Position numbers and translations under genes: made by a program
Assembly: GCA_963575745.1 (NCBI GenBank)
Contig: CAUYUJ010000314.1
Location: forward strand, 186,001-250,000
Direction of reading: 5' to 3'
Length of the DNA: 64,000 nt
Origin: Prorocentrum cordatum
Lineage: Eukaryota
The notes under the pieces: model-generated
Told to the model about the DNA's origin: nothing
The model's input: the letters and a program-made list of their open reading frames with translations, nothing else
Databases searched by the model: none
Shown here: positions 12,591 through 24,019 of the stretch, piece by piece
How the letters are laid out: each line of letters begins with the position of its first letter
Position numbering within the stretch: position 1 is the first letter of the stretch

Positions 12591-12874
12591 CTTACAAGTA
12601 TGAGCACGGTCGAGCATCTGATACAGAAACCTCCCTCCGAACAGCTGGGCCAGCGTTTTTTTGCCAACTTGCCAGAACGTTCACCCAGTTTCTTGGGCAC
12701 GCTCGCTTCTTCAGGGTCAACAAAGTGGCCCAGGGCTGCTCTAAGAAACGTCTGGGAAACTGGCCCATATTTCTTAAACGTCAATCTTTTTGATGAGCTG
12801 TATGACTACAGATCTGACTGTGAATGTGAGCATGTGTAACATGTGTTTGATGAGGAGGACGATGAGGATCAGGA

Positions 12875-13200
12875 TGCGGGAGGCAGGTGGCAGAAGGCAG
12901 GAAACCAAAGGCCAGGAGGCGGGTGGCCGGGAGGCAGAAGGCCAGGCGGCAGGAGGCCGGGAGGCAGCAGGCAGGAGGCCGGGAGGAGCAGCAGCAGCAG
13001 CAGCAGCGGCGGCAGCAGCAGCAGCAAAAGCAGCAGCAGCAGCCGGAGGAGGCAGGAAGCGGCCAGATGTGGCAGGAGGAGGGTGCGGAGGAGGCAGGAG
13101 GCAGGAGGCAGCAGGAGGCAGCAGGAGGGCAGGAGGGCAGGAGGGCAGGAGGGCAGGAGGCAGCAGCAGCAGCAGGAGGAGGCGGGAGGCGGCAGGTGCC
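12875..13200. repeat. (GGAGGCA)/(GCA)n low-complexity repeat
   Basis: Seen directly. Confidence 0.85.
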
Positions 13201-13850
13201 TGCTGCAGGTCGGCGGTCGCTTGGGCGGGCCTCGGGCCCCGGGCCGGCGTGCCGCCCGTCTCCGAGCACGGACGTCTCTCGCGAGCTCGACGCCGCGGCC
13301 CTCGCGGGCTCGAGGCCTCGCGGCCGTCGAGCGGCGACGCACGCTGGGCACACCTGCGACTGTCGTGGGAGCGAGTTTTCTGTTCTGGACGTTCTTGGCT
13401 TCACTCGGGGCCTGTTTTTGTCGCCGCCTCGGCGATGACGGGCGCTGCCGGGGGGGAGAAGGGGGGGGGGAAAGGGCTGGTAGCGTCACGATTCGGGCCG
13501 CGCCGTCTGGGCATCAGGCACCCCTGGCCATTCCCAGATGGGGCAGGCGCGAATCGTGACGTTCCCGGGGGGGCTGGGGGGGGGGCGGGGAGGGCGGGGG
13601 GGGTGGGACGTCCCCGGTCATATCATTGGCGCTATTGCCACAATCGTTGACACGGGCGCTCTTTGGCTTCAGGAGGCCCACGGGAGCTTTCGGCTGGACC
13701 CTTGACCTCCTGGCGCTTCAGGGGCCTCCGGCTCCTTCGCCGCCACGGCTGGCACGCAGCTCGGAAAAGACGCCGGGACGAAACCTAGGCGAGGTCGGGG
13801 GACCCGTTCCGAGCGGATGCCGCCCACGCCTCCAGTGCCACGGAATAACA

Positions 13851-14056
13851 TCGGGGGAGCGTAAGACCCGGGTTTGCCAGGACTCGGGTTCGCCATCGTT
13901 TTTTGACGACCGCGCCTCGGATTTTGACGAGGAGGAGTTTCGTGGGGTGTCTGCAGCGGGAGGCCTCGTCAAAATGCAGGCTCGGCCTCGTCATTTTTTT
14001 GACGACCTCGTCGGGGATTTCCGAGTCCCCCGTACCCGGGTCTTACGTCTCCCCGA
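13851..14056. mobile_element. 206-bp MITE, family M2, 5-bp TSD TAACA
   Basis: TIRs tcgggggagcgtaagacccggg / cccggggtcttacgtctccccga; TAACA at 13846-13850 and 14057-14061; internal TTTTGACGA motif repeated. Confidence 0.85.
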
Positions 14057-14197
14057 TAACAATGCGTTTTTCTGTTTCTTTTTTCAGTTTTTCCCAACCC
14101 TCCTCGGTTGGGTATCCGTTTCAAATCGAGCACCGCGGTGGCGTCTCCCTCCTTCTCCTACCGCCTCCCGCCTCCGCCTGCCCTCTCCTCGCCGTTC

Positions 14198-14884
14198 CTG
14201 GGGGGCTGCGATCTGCGAGACTGTCGCCACTTTCGAGGGCTGCTGGTGGGTCCAGCGGAGTGAGGCACCGCGCGGACTTGAGGTAGGCCTCGCCATCCCT
14301 GGGGGTCTGCGATCTGCGAAACTGTCGCCACTTTCGAGGGCTGCTGGTGGGTCCAGCGATGCACCGCGCGGACTTGAGGTAGGCCTCGCCGTCCCTGGGG
14401 GGCTGCGATCTGCGAAACTGTCGCCACTTTCGAGGGCTGCTGGTGGGTCCAGCGATGCACCGCGCGGACTTGAGGTAGGCCTCGCCGTCCCTGGGGGGCT
14501 GCGATCTGCGAAACTGTCGCCACTTTCGAGGGCTGCTGGTGGGTCCAGCGATGCACCGCGCGGACTTGAGGTAGGCCTCGCCGTCCCTGGGGGGCTGCGA
14601 TCTGCGAAACTGTCGCCACTTTCGAGGGCTGCTGGTGGGTCCAGCGATGCACCGCGCGGACTTGAGGTAGGCCTCGCCGTCCCTGGGGGGCTGCGATCTG
14701 CGAAACTGTCGCCACTTTCGAGGGCTGCTGGAGGGTCCAGCGATGCACCGCGCGGATTTGAGGTAGGCCTCGCCGTCCCTGGGGGCTGCGATCTGCGAAA
14801 CTGTCGCCACTTTCGAGGGCTGCTGGAGGGTCCAGCGGAGTGAGGCATCGCGCAGACCTGAGCGGGACTTCGCCGTCCCTGGGC
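14198..14884. repeat. 96-bp tandem array, about 7 near-identical units
   Basis: Unit gcaccgcgcggacttgaggtaggcctcgccgtccctggggggctgcgatctgcgaaactgtcgccactttcgagggctgctggtgggtccagcgat; translates as a 32-aa repeat. Confidence 0.97.
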
Positions 14885-16074
14885 GGCCATGTCATGTTGT
14901 TGCTGCCCCGCCGACGTTTCGAGCCCCTTGCGCACAGTCTCCTTTTGGGACCTTGCGTCTTCCTTAGTGACTCAGGGGCTTACTTAGTTACTAATCGTTT
15001 TTCCCTTGATTGGGGACCTGCGAACCTTCCGACCACCGCTCGCAGAGGTATATGCGTCCATGTCACGTCGCCGCCTTCTCGTCAAATCTTCGAAGCTACT
15101 CCTGCCCCGGATTGCGCAGGGGTTGGGTACGTCGCAAAGGTAATTGCACTCTGGCAGCCTGTCTCTGGCACCCTAGGTGCCCTTTCGGTTCGCAGGGCCG
15201 TCATAAAACGTCTCGGGATGAAGAACTGGTCGTTAGGGTGGGGTCCACAGGTACGGGGGCCCGCGTCGCGAAAGCACCGCACCGGATCACTCTGACTACG
15301 ACGGCCAAGTGAGAAGAGGAGGAGGAGGAGGAGGAGGAGGAGGAGGAGGAGGAGAAGGAGAAGGAGGAGGAGGAGGAGGAGGAGGAGGAGGAGGCAGGAG
15401 GTAGGAGGCAGCAATGGGAGGAGGCCGGAGCAGGAGAGGGGGGAGAAGGAGTGCAATGATGAGAAGGAGCACAATGGGGAGGAGGAGAAGGAGGAGGAGG
15501 AGGCAGGAGGGAGCTTCTCCTCCTGCTGCCACAGCGGCCAAGCGAGGTTGGCTTAGGCCCTGCTATCTCCCTGCGTTCGTTGCCAGTTCGCGCAGGGGAC
15601 GAAACGCCAGGACAGCGGATCTGAGGGGTTCTCCAGGGGAGAAGCTACGCTGCCACCGCACTTAGTGAAGCCACGCCGCGCGTCTCCGGGCCATGGTTTG
15701 CCGAATGCGGGCGCCAGTAGAACAGTCGGCCGATTTTTGCCATCATCTGGATGCTAGAGTCGGCGTATGCGGGGGAGCGCCCAGTTTTCAGCCAGCTCTG
15801 GGGCCCTCGGAGGGCCCCGAGGCCTTGTTGTGTCTTTGCTGCGTCGCCGAAGCTGCTCGAGGCCTGTCGGCTTCCACGTCGCTGTCGGGTCTGCCAGTTG
15901 TCGGTTGCATTGTCGCCGTGGATGGCCTTGCATCGCAACGATCCTCCTTCTCCTCCTTCTGCTCCTCTTCCTCCTGCTCCTCCTCCTGCTGCTCCTCCTG
16001 CTGCTGCTCCCCCTCCCCCTCCTCCGCTCCACGGGTGCGATTTTCGCCTTCTCGTCTCGGCGGTCTATGCGTTG

Positions 16075-17060
16075 GCTCTATGACTAGTGCCCTATGATGT
16101 CTGTGGTGGTTGCGATTTTCGCGTTCCTGTCCTTGTGCTTTGTGGGTGGTGCTCAATAGTGTGTGCCCTAGGATGCCTCTGATGATTGCGTTTCACACAT
16201 TATGGCCCTGGTGCATGGGTTGTGCCTTATGGCTGGTGCCATACGATGCCTTTGATGGTAGCGATTTTTGTAGTATTGCCCGGGTGCTCATTGTATTGCG
16301 CTCTACGATACCTCTGATGGTTGCGCTTTACGCGTTCTGGACTGTGTGGCCTGTGGGTGGTGCTCTATGGCTGGTGCCCTATGATGCTTCGGATGGTTGC
16401 GGTTTTCGCGTTCTGGCCCTGGTGCGCTGAGTGATGCTGTGTGGCTGGTGTCTTGTGACGTCTGTGGTGATTGCGATTTTTCGCGATCTTGCCCCTGCTC
16501 CTTAAGGATCGTTCTGGGTGGCGCTCTATGGCTGGTGCTTTGTGTGATGTCTTGGTTGTTTTGATTGTCGCGTTCTTGCCCTGGTGCACCATGGGTTGTG
16601 CTTTGTGGCTGGTGCCCTGTGGCGTTTCTGCATTGTACGGTTTTTTCGTAATCGCCCTTGTGCCCAATGGGTTGTGATCTATGGCCGGTGCCCTATGACG
16701 TCTCTGACGGTGAGGATTTTCGACCTCATGTGGTCTTTATGGGTGGTGCTCTTGGGCTGGTGCCCTATGGTGCCTTTGATGATCACGCTTTTCTTTCTTG
16801 CATGGTGCCCATGTGTGGTCGTTGATTAATGTTGTCCATTGCGTCTTGGAGGGTTGTGATTTCCTCGTCCTTGTCATGATTGCTTATGGGTGGTGCTCCA
16901 TGGTGACCTGTGATGTCTTGGATGGCTGAGTTTTTCGCGTTCTTGCCCTTGCGCCCTGTGGGAACTGCTTTACGATAGGTGCCTCATGATACCTTTGATG
17001 TTTGCGGTTTTCGCATTCCTGGCCACCCGTGGGTGGTGTTGGTCTATGGTTGATGCACAT
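16075..17060. repeat. Old degenerate ~75-bp tandem array
   Basis: Recurring tatggctggtgccctatgatg...ttgcg(a/g)ttttcgcgttc at ~16079, 16228, 16366, 16441, 16527, 16605, 16680, 16753. Confidence 0.85.
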
Positions 17061-17315
17061 CGCGTGTTCAAAAAAATCCGGGTTGGCGTCCATGTTGACA
17101 GTCATGTCTCTCTGTGCTGCAGAACAGGTCCGTGTGTACTGGAACCCGTTCTCGACTCCCTCCTCGCATCTCCTTGCTCACGCCTTCATTCCCATTGGAC
17201 GCTCATTAGCTTCAGTGGCGCCAACAGAATACAAACAAACCTTGTGACCAGCGACCGGGTTGTCGACACGAGATCCGACTGGACTTCCTGAACAGCTCAC
17301 GTTATGCTGTCATCG

Positions 17316-17336
17316 TCCGTAATCGTTTGGCTCAAG
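17316..17336 (+). other. Spliced-leader relic upstream of an intronless gene
   Basis: TCCGTAATCGTTTGGCTCAAG versus DCCGTAGCCATTTTGGCTCAAG; about 75 nt before the ATG at 17411. Confidence 0.85.
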
Positions 17337-17410
17337 TGGCTGAAGTCTGCAGACAGGGGGGCAGCGCCGCGCGCTTTCGAGCAACCATTGCCAGCTTCCG
17401 TACCCCGACC

Positions 17411-19666
17411 ATGCGTTGCATCTTCATCGCCCTACTCCTCGCAAATGTAGCCGCCGCGGCGCACGCGGAAGGTCCGAGCGGCCCAAATCTCACGGAGTGG
17501 GAAGAGGGCCAGGCCAATGCGTCGGCGGCTGCGGGCGCCGTGGCCGCCAAGCAGGCCAAGATGGCCGCCGTGGACAAGATCGTCACCATGCTGTCGGACT
17601 TGCAGGCGAAGGTGATCAGCGAGGGCGAGACCGAGGCCAAGACCTACAGCGAGTTCGCGTGCTTCTGCAAGGACACCATTAGCGAGAAAACCGCGGCGAT
17701 CAAGGCAGGGGAGGACGACAAGGCGAGCCTCGAGGCCGCGATTGCGGAGGGCGCGGCACTCCGCGACGAGCTCGACACCACAATCGCGACGCTGGTCGAG
17801 ACCATCGAGGAGGCCCACGCCAATGTCACGAAGGCGAAGGAGATTCGCGCCCAGGAGCTCGCCCTGTACAAGGCACAGGCGGCCGATGTTGAGGCCGGTC
17901 TCATCGGGCTGGAGGGCGCGATCAAGGCTTTGAAAGCCTCGAAGAAGCCAGCCTTCGTGCAGTTGCAGGGGGTTGCCAAAACGGTGCGTACAGCAGCGCT
18001 CATAGCCGACTCGCTGGGGCTCATGAAGGGTTCGGCCGCAGGGCCTATCAGCGCGTTCTTGCAGGAGGAGCCTGAGGTGCCTTTCGAGAACTACAAGTTT
18101 CACTCATCAGACATCATCAGTACCCTTGAGGAGCTGGAAAGGTCGTTCAAGGATACCAAGATCAATTTGGATTCTTCTGAGAAGGCGAGCCTTCAGGGAC
18201 ACACCATGTACCTCCAGTCGATGGCTGCCAAAATCAAGGACCTTAACCTCGACCTGGATGCCACCAAGGTCAAAAAGGCGGACACGATTGCTAAGATCAA
18301 GGCAGACAGCGAGAATCTGTCCACTGTCGCTGCGAAGCTGCTTGATGATCAGCAGTACTTGGAGACGCTTGCCCAGATGTGCAAGGACAAGAAGAAAACC
18401 TGGGACCAGCGCTCCAGCACGCGTGCCGACGAGCTGTACACCATCACGCAGGTCATCGGGATCATAGAGGGCGCTGTCAGCAACAAGACCCGTGCGGCGA
18501 CCGTGCGATTCAACCAGGTTGGCGTGAGCCTGAGAATCGCAAACGCCGTCGCCATGGACAGGTCTGCGATGGAGGCGGTTGAAGCCGAAGCAGAGGCTGC
18601 GGAGGAGGGTCAGCCGGTCGCGTTTCTGCAGCGCGTCAGCGTTCGGAGGCACCTCGGCGGGGAACCCGTGGAGGATGGCCGCGAGGTTGTGGTATCATTG
18701 CTCAAGTCGAAGGGCCAGCAGCTAAAGAGCCAGGTTCTCGCTTCGCTTGTCGCCCAGATCTCCGCGGTGCATGGCGACGACCCCTTCGCGAAGATCAAGA
18801 CGCTCATCCAGGAGCTCATCGAACGCCTCCTGCAGGAGGCCTCCAACGAGGCGAACCAGAAAGGCTGGTGTGACAAGGCCACCTCCGCGGCCACGCAGAA
18901 GCGCGACTACTCCGTGGAGGAAATCCGGTCCCTGAATGCTGAGATGGCCGAGCTGGAAGCCTTACGTGACAAGCTCGCCGAGGAGTTGTCTGTGCTCGCA
19001 GACGAGATCGCTGAGTTGGTGGCCAACCGGAAGAAAGCGGAAGAGATTCGCACCAAGGAGAAGGGAGAGAACGAGTTCACCATCGCAGAGGCGGAGGCTG
19101 GTCTTGAGGCCATCAACCAGGCCATGGACATCCTAGACAAGTGGTACAAGACGAATGTCAAGAACGAGGTCTCGTTGGCACAGCAGGGTCCTGAGAAGGA
19201 TGCGCCCGACGCGGGCTTCGATAATTTCGAAGCTTACAAGGGTGCACAGGCCGAGTCGGGCGGCATCATTGGAATGATGGAGGTCATCGCCTCAGACTTC
19301 AGCAGAACCATCACCGAGACTCAGAAGGCGGAGGCCGCGGCGGAGGACGAACACATGGAATTCATGACTGAGACAGGCAAGTCTCTGGGGGAGAAGAAGG
19401 CGATCGAGGCGCAGACGACCACTGAGAAGGACAACGCCGTTGAGGACTTGGAGGCCGCGAGTGACAAGCTGCAGTCCAACAACGATATCTTGCAGGCATC
19501 CATCACCGAGCTGATCGAGCTCAAGGCCGCGTGCATCGACACTGGCATGAGCTACAGCGACCGCGTGGCTAATCGCGAGGACGAGATCGAGGCTCTCAAA
19601 AAGGCCCTGTGCATCCTCGGCGCTTATGAGAAGTACGGCCCAGATGGAGCCCGCGACGCGTGCTGA
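17411..19666 (+). CDS. Secreted, internally duplicated coiled-coil precursor protein (751 aa); candidate extrusome/trichocyst matrix-type protein
   Basis: Uninterrupted ORF with strong GC3 bias; signal peptide MRCIFIALLLANVAAAAHA; two homologous halves with conserved Cys (FACFCKD / KGWCDK; LAQMCKD / LKAACID); AFVQ/AFLQ linker motifs. Confidence 0.92.
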   Translation: MRCIFIALLLANVAAAAHAEGPSGPNLTEWEEGQANASAAAGAVAAKQAKMAAVDKIVTMLSDLQAKVISEGETEAKTYSEFACFCKDTISEKTAAIKAGEDDKASLEAAIAEGAALRDELDTTIATLVETIEEAHANVTKAKEIRAQELALYKAQAADVEAGLIGLEGAIKALKASKKPAFVQLQGVAKTVRTAALIADSLGLMKGSAAGPISAFLQEEPEVPFENYKFHSSDIISTLEELERSFKDTKINLDSSEKASLQGHTMYLQSMAAKIKDLNLDLDATKVKKADTIAKIKADSENLSTVAAKLLDDQQYLETLAQMCKDKKKTWDQRSSTRADELYTITQVIGIIEGAVSNKTRAATVRFNQVGVSLRIANAVAMDRSAMEAVEAEAEAAEEGQPVAFLQRVSVRRHLGGEPVEDGREVVVSLLKSKGQQLKSQVLASLVAQISAVHGDDPFAKIKTLIQELIERLLQEASNEANQKGWCDKATSAATQKRDYSVEEIRSLNAEMAELEALRDKLAEELSVLADEIAELVANRKKAEEIRTKEKGENEFTIAEAEAGLEAINQAMDILDKWYKTNVKNEVSLAQQGPEKDAPDAGFDNFEAYKGAQAESGGIIGMMEVIASDFSRTITETQKAEAAAEDEHMEFMTETGKSLGEKKAIEAQTTTEKDNAVEDLEAASDKLQSNNDILQASITELIELKAACIDTGMSYSDRVANREDEIEALKKALCILGAYEKYGPDGARDAC

Positions 19667-20172
19667 GTGGTGTCGGCAGCGGTTGGATGGACTGGTGGAT
19701 GTGGTGTGTGACGGCAGGAGGGGGGGAGGAGCAGGATGAGGAGGAGAAGGATGAGAAAGGAAGAGGGGGAGGAGGACCCGATCGAGGTGGTGGCGGTGGA
19801 GGTGGTGCCATGAGTGTCGCGTTCTACCCAGCAGATGCGGAGGACCACCCCTGGTGTCTGCAAGATAAAAGCAATATCACGATCGCGGGCACTGCGCCAG
19901 TTCCAACCACAGGCTCACTCACATCTCATTCAGCACATCAGCGTCGAGTCGTCAAATTCTCAGCAGCATGCTCCGCCTGCCAGGGGCCTCGCCGGGATCA
20001 TGTTTCGTACCCCTCCTGCGCTGGATTCTCGTTGTGCTGCCGCCTCCCCATTGGTTACTCACGCCTCCCCTCTTCTCTCTCTCTTTCCCGAGGCCTCCGC
20101 TGTCGTGAGTCTTGTTGCAACCTGGACCTCCAGAGGTCTAGACCCATTCCCCAGGACCGGTCTCTTTTCAGT

Positions 20173-20361
20173 TGACGAACGAACAACGCACACCCATACC
20201 CATAGGGGGGTCGTTGGGAGGAGGACTGGCTATGGGTATGGGTGCGGGCTGTCGGACCCTGGGCAACGCTCCCGTTCGAGCGGGGAGCCCCATCCGACAA
20301 CACGCACCCACAGCCCTCTCCGACCCCCCTGTGGGTATGGGTGTGCGTTGTTGGTTTGTTA
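20173..20361. mobile_element. 189-bp foldback MITE, family M3, 5-bp TSD TCAGT
   Basis: TIR tgacgaacgaacaacgcacacccatacccatagggggg / cccccctgtgggtatgggtgtgcgttgttggtttgtta; TCAGT at 20168-20172 and 20362-20366. Confidence 0.85.
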
Positions 20362-20499
20362 TCAGTTGGGTCTCTGACGGCCCTGGGGGGCCTGGTGAGG
20401 GCCCCATGGCGGCCAAGAACGGCCAAGAGCCCTCCGCCGTGATGCTCTCGCGACGAGAGGAGGCGGGGGCCCCTTTCCTGCCTCCTACCTCCTGCCTGC

Positions 20500-20980
20500 C
20501 GCTTACCTATCTATCTTTCTATCCATCTTACATATATAAATAGGTACATCTATCCACACATACATAACTGTATCTTTCGATACATAGATATAGCGACATG
20601 TATATCACATAGATCTATATCTATTATAACCTTCTCATTTCTGTATATATGCATATATATACACACCTATCCATACCATCAGGGCACACATCGCATGACG
20701 CAGCTACACATATACACATTTCACATTACATACCTATGTACCTCATATGTTTGTATGCATATATGTCTTTATACCGATCATTAGTTACATGAGCATGTTT
20801 TATATAGGCATGTTCGTACATCCAGATTTGTATATTCACATATGTTTATCCATCTATCTACCGATATTTAATTACACTTATAAGCTATCAATCGACGTAT
20901 ACATATGTATATATATATATATGTCACGTTCAGTACATCTGTATATCTATGTATATATATATATATATATATGTATGTAT
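20500..20980. repeat. AT-rich (TA/TATC/TACA)n degenerate microsatellite
   Basis: Seen directly. Confidence 0.9.
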
Positions 20981-21886
20981 CGGAGGTTGGGGGGTGTGTC
21001 CGACGTGAAACGGAGACCCCCCCCTACCGGGAAATCGATTTCGGTTTCGGGTTCGTGTCGTGCGTGCCGTGCGTGCGTGCGTGCGGGCGAGGCGAAGCTG
21101 CGTGGGCGGGCGAGAGGAAATCCTTCTGTGGCTGGGCCGCGGCCGGACCAAATGATTCTCCTCCGGCGGCCGGTGGCGCGCGGTGTCCCGCTGGTGTCCC
21201 GCTGGTGTCCCGAAATCCTCCTGTGGCTGGGCCGCGGCCGGACCAAATGATGCTCCTCCTGTCAAACGGTGTCCCGCGGTGTCCCGCTGGTGTCCCGCCG
21301 TGGGCTGCGCATTTTAAAAAATCGCCGCTTGCGGCGAGCCATCCAATGCAAGTCTGCATGCAAACCGACATGCAGACCGACAAGCACATCGAAATGCAAA
21401 TCGATTTGCACATCCAAATGCAAATCGTAAGGCGCCGTGGGCGCCGCGGCGAGCTTTCCAATGCACGTCGACATGCACATCGAAAAGCAAATCGAAATGC
21501 ACATCGATATGCAAATCCAAATGCAAATCGGAAGGCACATCGCAGGCGCCGCTGGCACCAAGCTTTGCTCGTGCCTCGAGCGCCGGACCTGCAACCAAGG
21601 CAGCATCGGGTGGCGCCGCGATCAGTCACTGTTGCACCGCAGCACGCACGTTCGACCACGTCGACTAGCGCTGAGGTGAGGTTCGCGCGATTGATTAGCG
21701 CACGCGGGGACAGCGGTTGACGACAATGTTAAGTGCGCTTCGCCAATGTCGCCACATCACATCACGCTCAAGTGCACAATCACTCTACTCACGAGACTCC
21801 GCCCCACAGGCATTGTCAGAACAATATCACCAGTTTTGCCCATGCCCCCCAACCTCCTTATCACCCGCAGGGTGGTCGTATAGGTA
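20979..21886 (+). mobile_element. Composite Helentron/DINE-like element, family H1 copy 1
   Basis: Perfect 13-bp subTIR GGAGGTTGGGGGG (20982-20994) / CCCCCCAACCTCC (21845-21857), then hairpin CACCC-GCA-GGGTG (21862-21874) and tail GTCGTATAGGTA; internal short repeats. Confidence 0.75.
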
Positions 21887-21892
21887 ATGACA

Positions 21893-22640
21893 TACATCGG
21901 AGGTGAGGGGGTGAGATCGAAGTGGAACGGAGAGCCCCCCTACCGGGAAATCGATTTCTGTTTCGTGTTCGTGCGTGCCGTGCGGGCGAGGCGAAGCTGC
22001 GTGGGCGGGCGAGAAGAAAGTCTCCTGTGGCTGAGGCGCGGCCGGACCAAATGTCTCCCTTCCGGGCGGCCGGTGGCCCGCGTTGTCCCGCCGGTGTCCC
22101 GCTGGTGTCCCGTGTGGCTGAGGCGCGGCCGGACCAAATGTCTCCCTTCCGGGCGGCCGGTGTCCCGCGGTGTCCCGCCGGTGTCCCGCGGTGTCCCGCG
22201 GTGTCCCGCGGTGCCCCGCGGTGTCCCGCGATGATGATGATGATGCTGATGATGATGTTGATGATGATGTTGATGATGATGATGATGATGATGATGCTGG
22301 TGATGCTGATGATGATGCTGCTGATGATGCTGATGATGATGTTGATGTTCATGATGATGATGGTGGTGATGCTGATGATGATGATGCTGCTGATGATGAG
22401 GACGATGATGATGATGATGATGATGAGCATCGAGTGAGATCGAGTGTGACATAGATCGAGTGAGATCGAGTGAGATCGATTGTGAGATCGATTGTGAGAT
22501 CGATCGAGGGAGACCGATCGAGCGAGACCGATACTGAGATCGATAGTGAGATCGATAGTGAGACCGATCGAGTGAGACGTTGGTTCCCCCCCCCCGAACC
22601 TCCTTATCACTATCACCCGAAGGGTGGTCGTATAGGTATC
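21893..22640 (+). mobile_element. Family H1 copy 2 (head-to-tail with copy 1)
   Basis: Same ~300-bp head, (GGTGTCCCGC)n, (GAT)n, (GATCGAGTGA)n, CCCCGAACCTCC, hairpin CACCC-GAA-GGGTG (22614-22626). Confidence 0.8.
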
Positions 22641-23178
22641 TATCTATATATCTGCCTACTTACCTACCTACTTACCTACCTACGTACCTATCTGTCTACC
22701 TCCTGCCTGCCTCCTGCCTCTGCTCCCTCATGCTCGGGTGCCACGACCCGTGCCACCGTGGCGGCTTCCGTGTGCTCTTGGGGGGCCCAGTGTAGCGGTG
22801 TCATGCGCAGGCCCAGTTGCGCAGCTGTGGCGACTTTGGTGCGCGCCTGGGGCCTGGCGGAGTGACAGACGCCCTACGCAGGCTCAGATGGGACCCCGCT
22901 CTTCCCTTGGTGCCGCTGGCTGCGCAGCTGTCGCCATATCCGTGTGCTCCTGGGAGGTCTCCATTCCTTTTGGCCCCATCCTTCTGTTGCATCACTCGTA
23001 TTATCTGGTCTCTGAACTTCTTTCCTTCTCTTGGTCATCGCTGTTTTGCCGTCTTTTCCGCTTCATGCCATATTCTACGGTGCTGCCTCATATTTGTTCG
23101 TGAGGCGTGCAACGCGTATGCCCCATTTTGCAGACTGCTCAGAGGATTGCGTTCCTTGTAATATTTTCACCGGGTCGG

Positions 23179-23825
23179 GATACCTATACGACCACCCTTC
23201 GGGTGATAAGGAGGTTCGGGGGGGGGAGGATGCAGCGTCTCACTCGATCGGTCTCACTATCCATCTCACTATCGGTCTCGCTCGATCGATTTCACTCGAT
23301 CGATCTCACAATCGATCTCACTCGATCTATCTCATTCGCTCGGTCTCACAATTGATCTGATTATCGATCTCACAATCGATCCCACATTCGGTCTCACTAT
23401 CGATCTCACTACTGGTATCACAATCGATCTAACATTCAACGTCATCATCATCAACAACAACACCACCATCTCCATCGTCATCGGGACACTGTCATCTTCA
23501 CATCATCATCGTCGCCATCATCATCAACGCCATCATCATCAGGCCATTATCATCAACGCCATCATCATCTCATCATAGTCATCATCATCATCATCGGGAC
23601 ACAGCCATCGTCATCATCACCATCAACATCATCATCATCGGGACACCATCATGGTCACCATCATTTTCATCGTCAGCATCATCAACAACAACATCGGGGC
23701 ACCATCATCATCATCAGCTCATTATCATCATCAACATCATCAGCAGTATCATCATCACCAACATCATCATCAATATCATCATCGGCACACCATTACCATC
23801 ACCATCATCATCACCACCGTCATAG

Positions 23826-23884
<59 letters not shown>

Positions 23885-23968
23885 GGGAGACCATAATCAT
23901 CATCAGCACCATCATTACCAACATCATCATCAACAACAACTGGCAGAAGCATTATCATCATCGTCATC

Positions 23969-24019
<51 letters not shown>

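Noticed and set aside
14198..14884. CRISPR-like array or 32-aa repeat protein
   Set aside because: Units are identical end to end with no unique spacers and no cas genes; frames are open only because the unit is 96 bp and GC-rich
17327..17410. ORF start at TTG 17327
   Set aside because: It lies inside the SL relic/5' UTR; the ATG at 17411 begins a signal peptide
17411..19666. SMC or myosin annotation
   Set aside because: No Walker A/B or motor motifs; it has a signal peptide, and any similarity would be generic coiled coil
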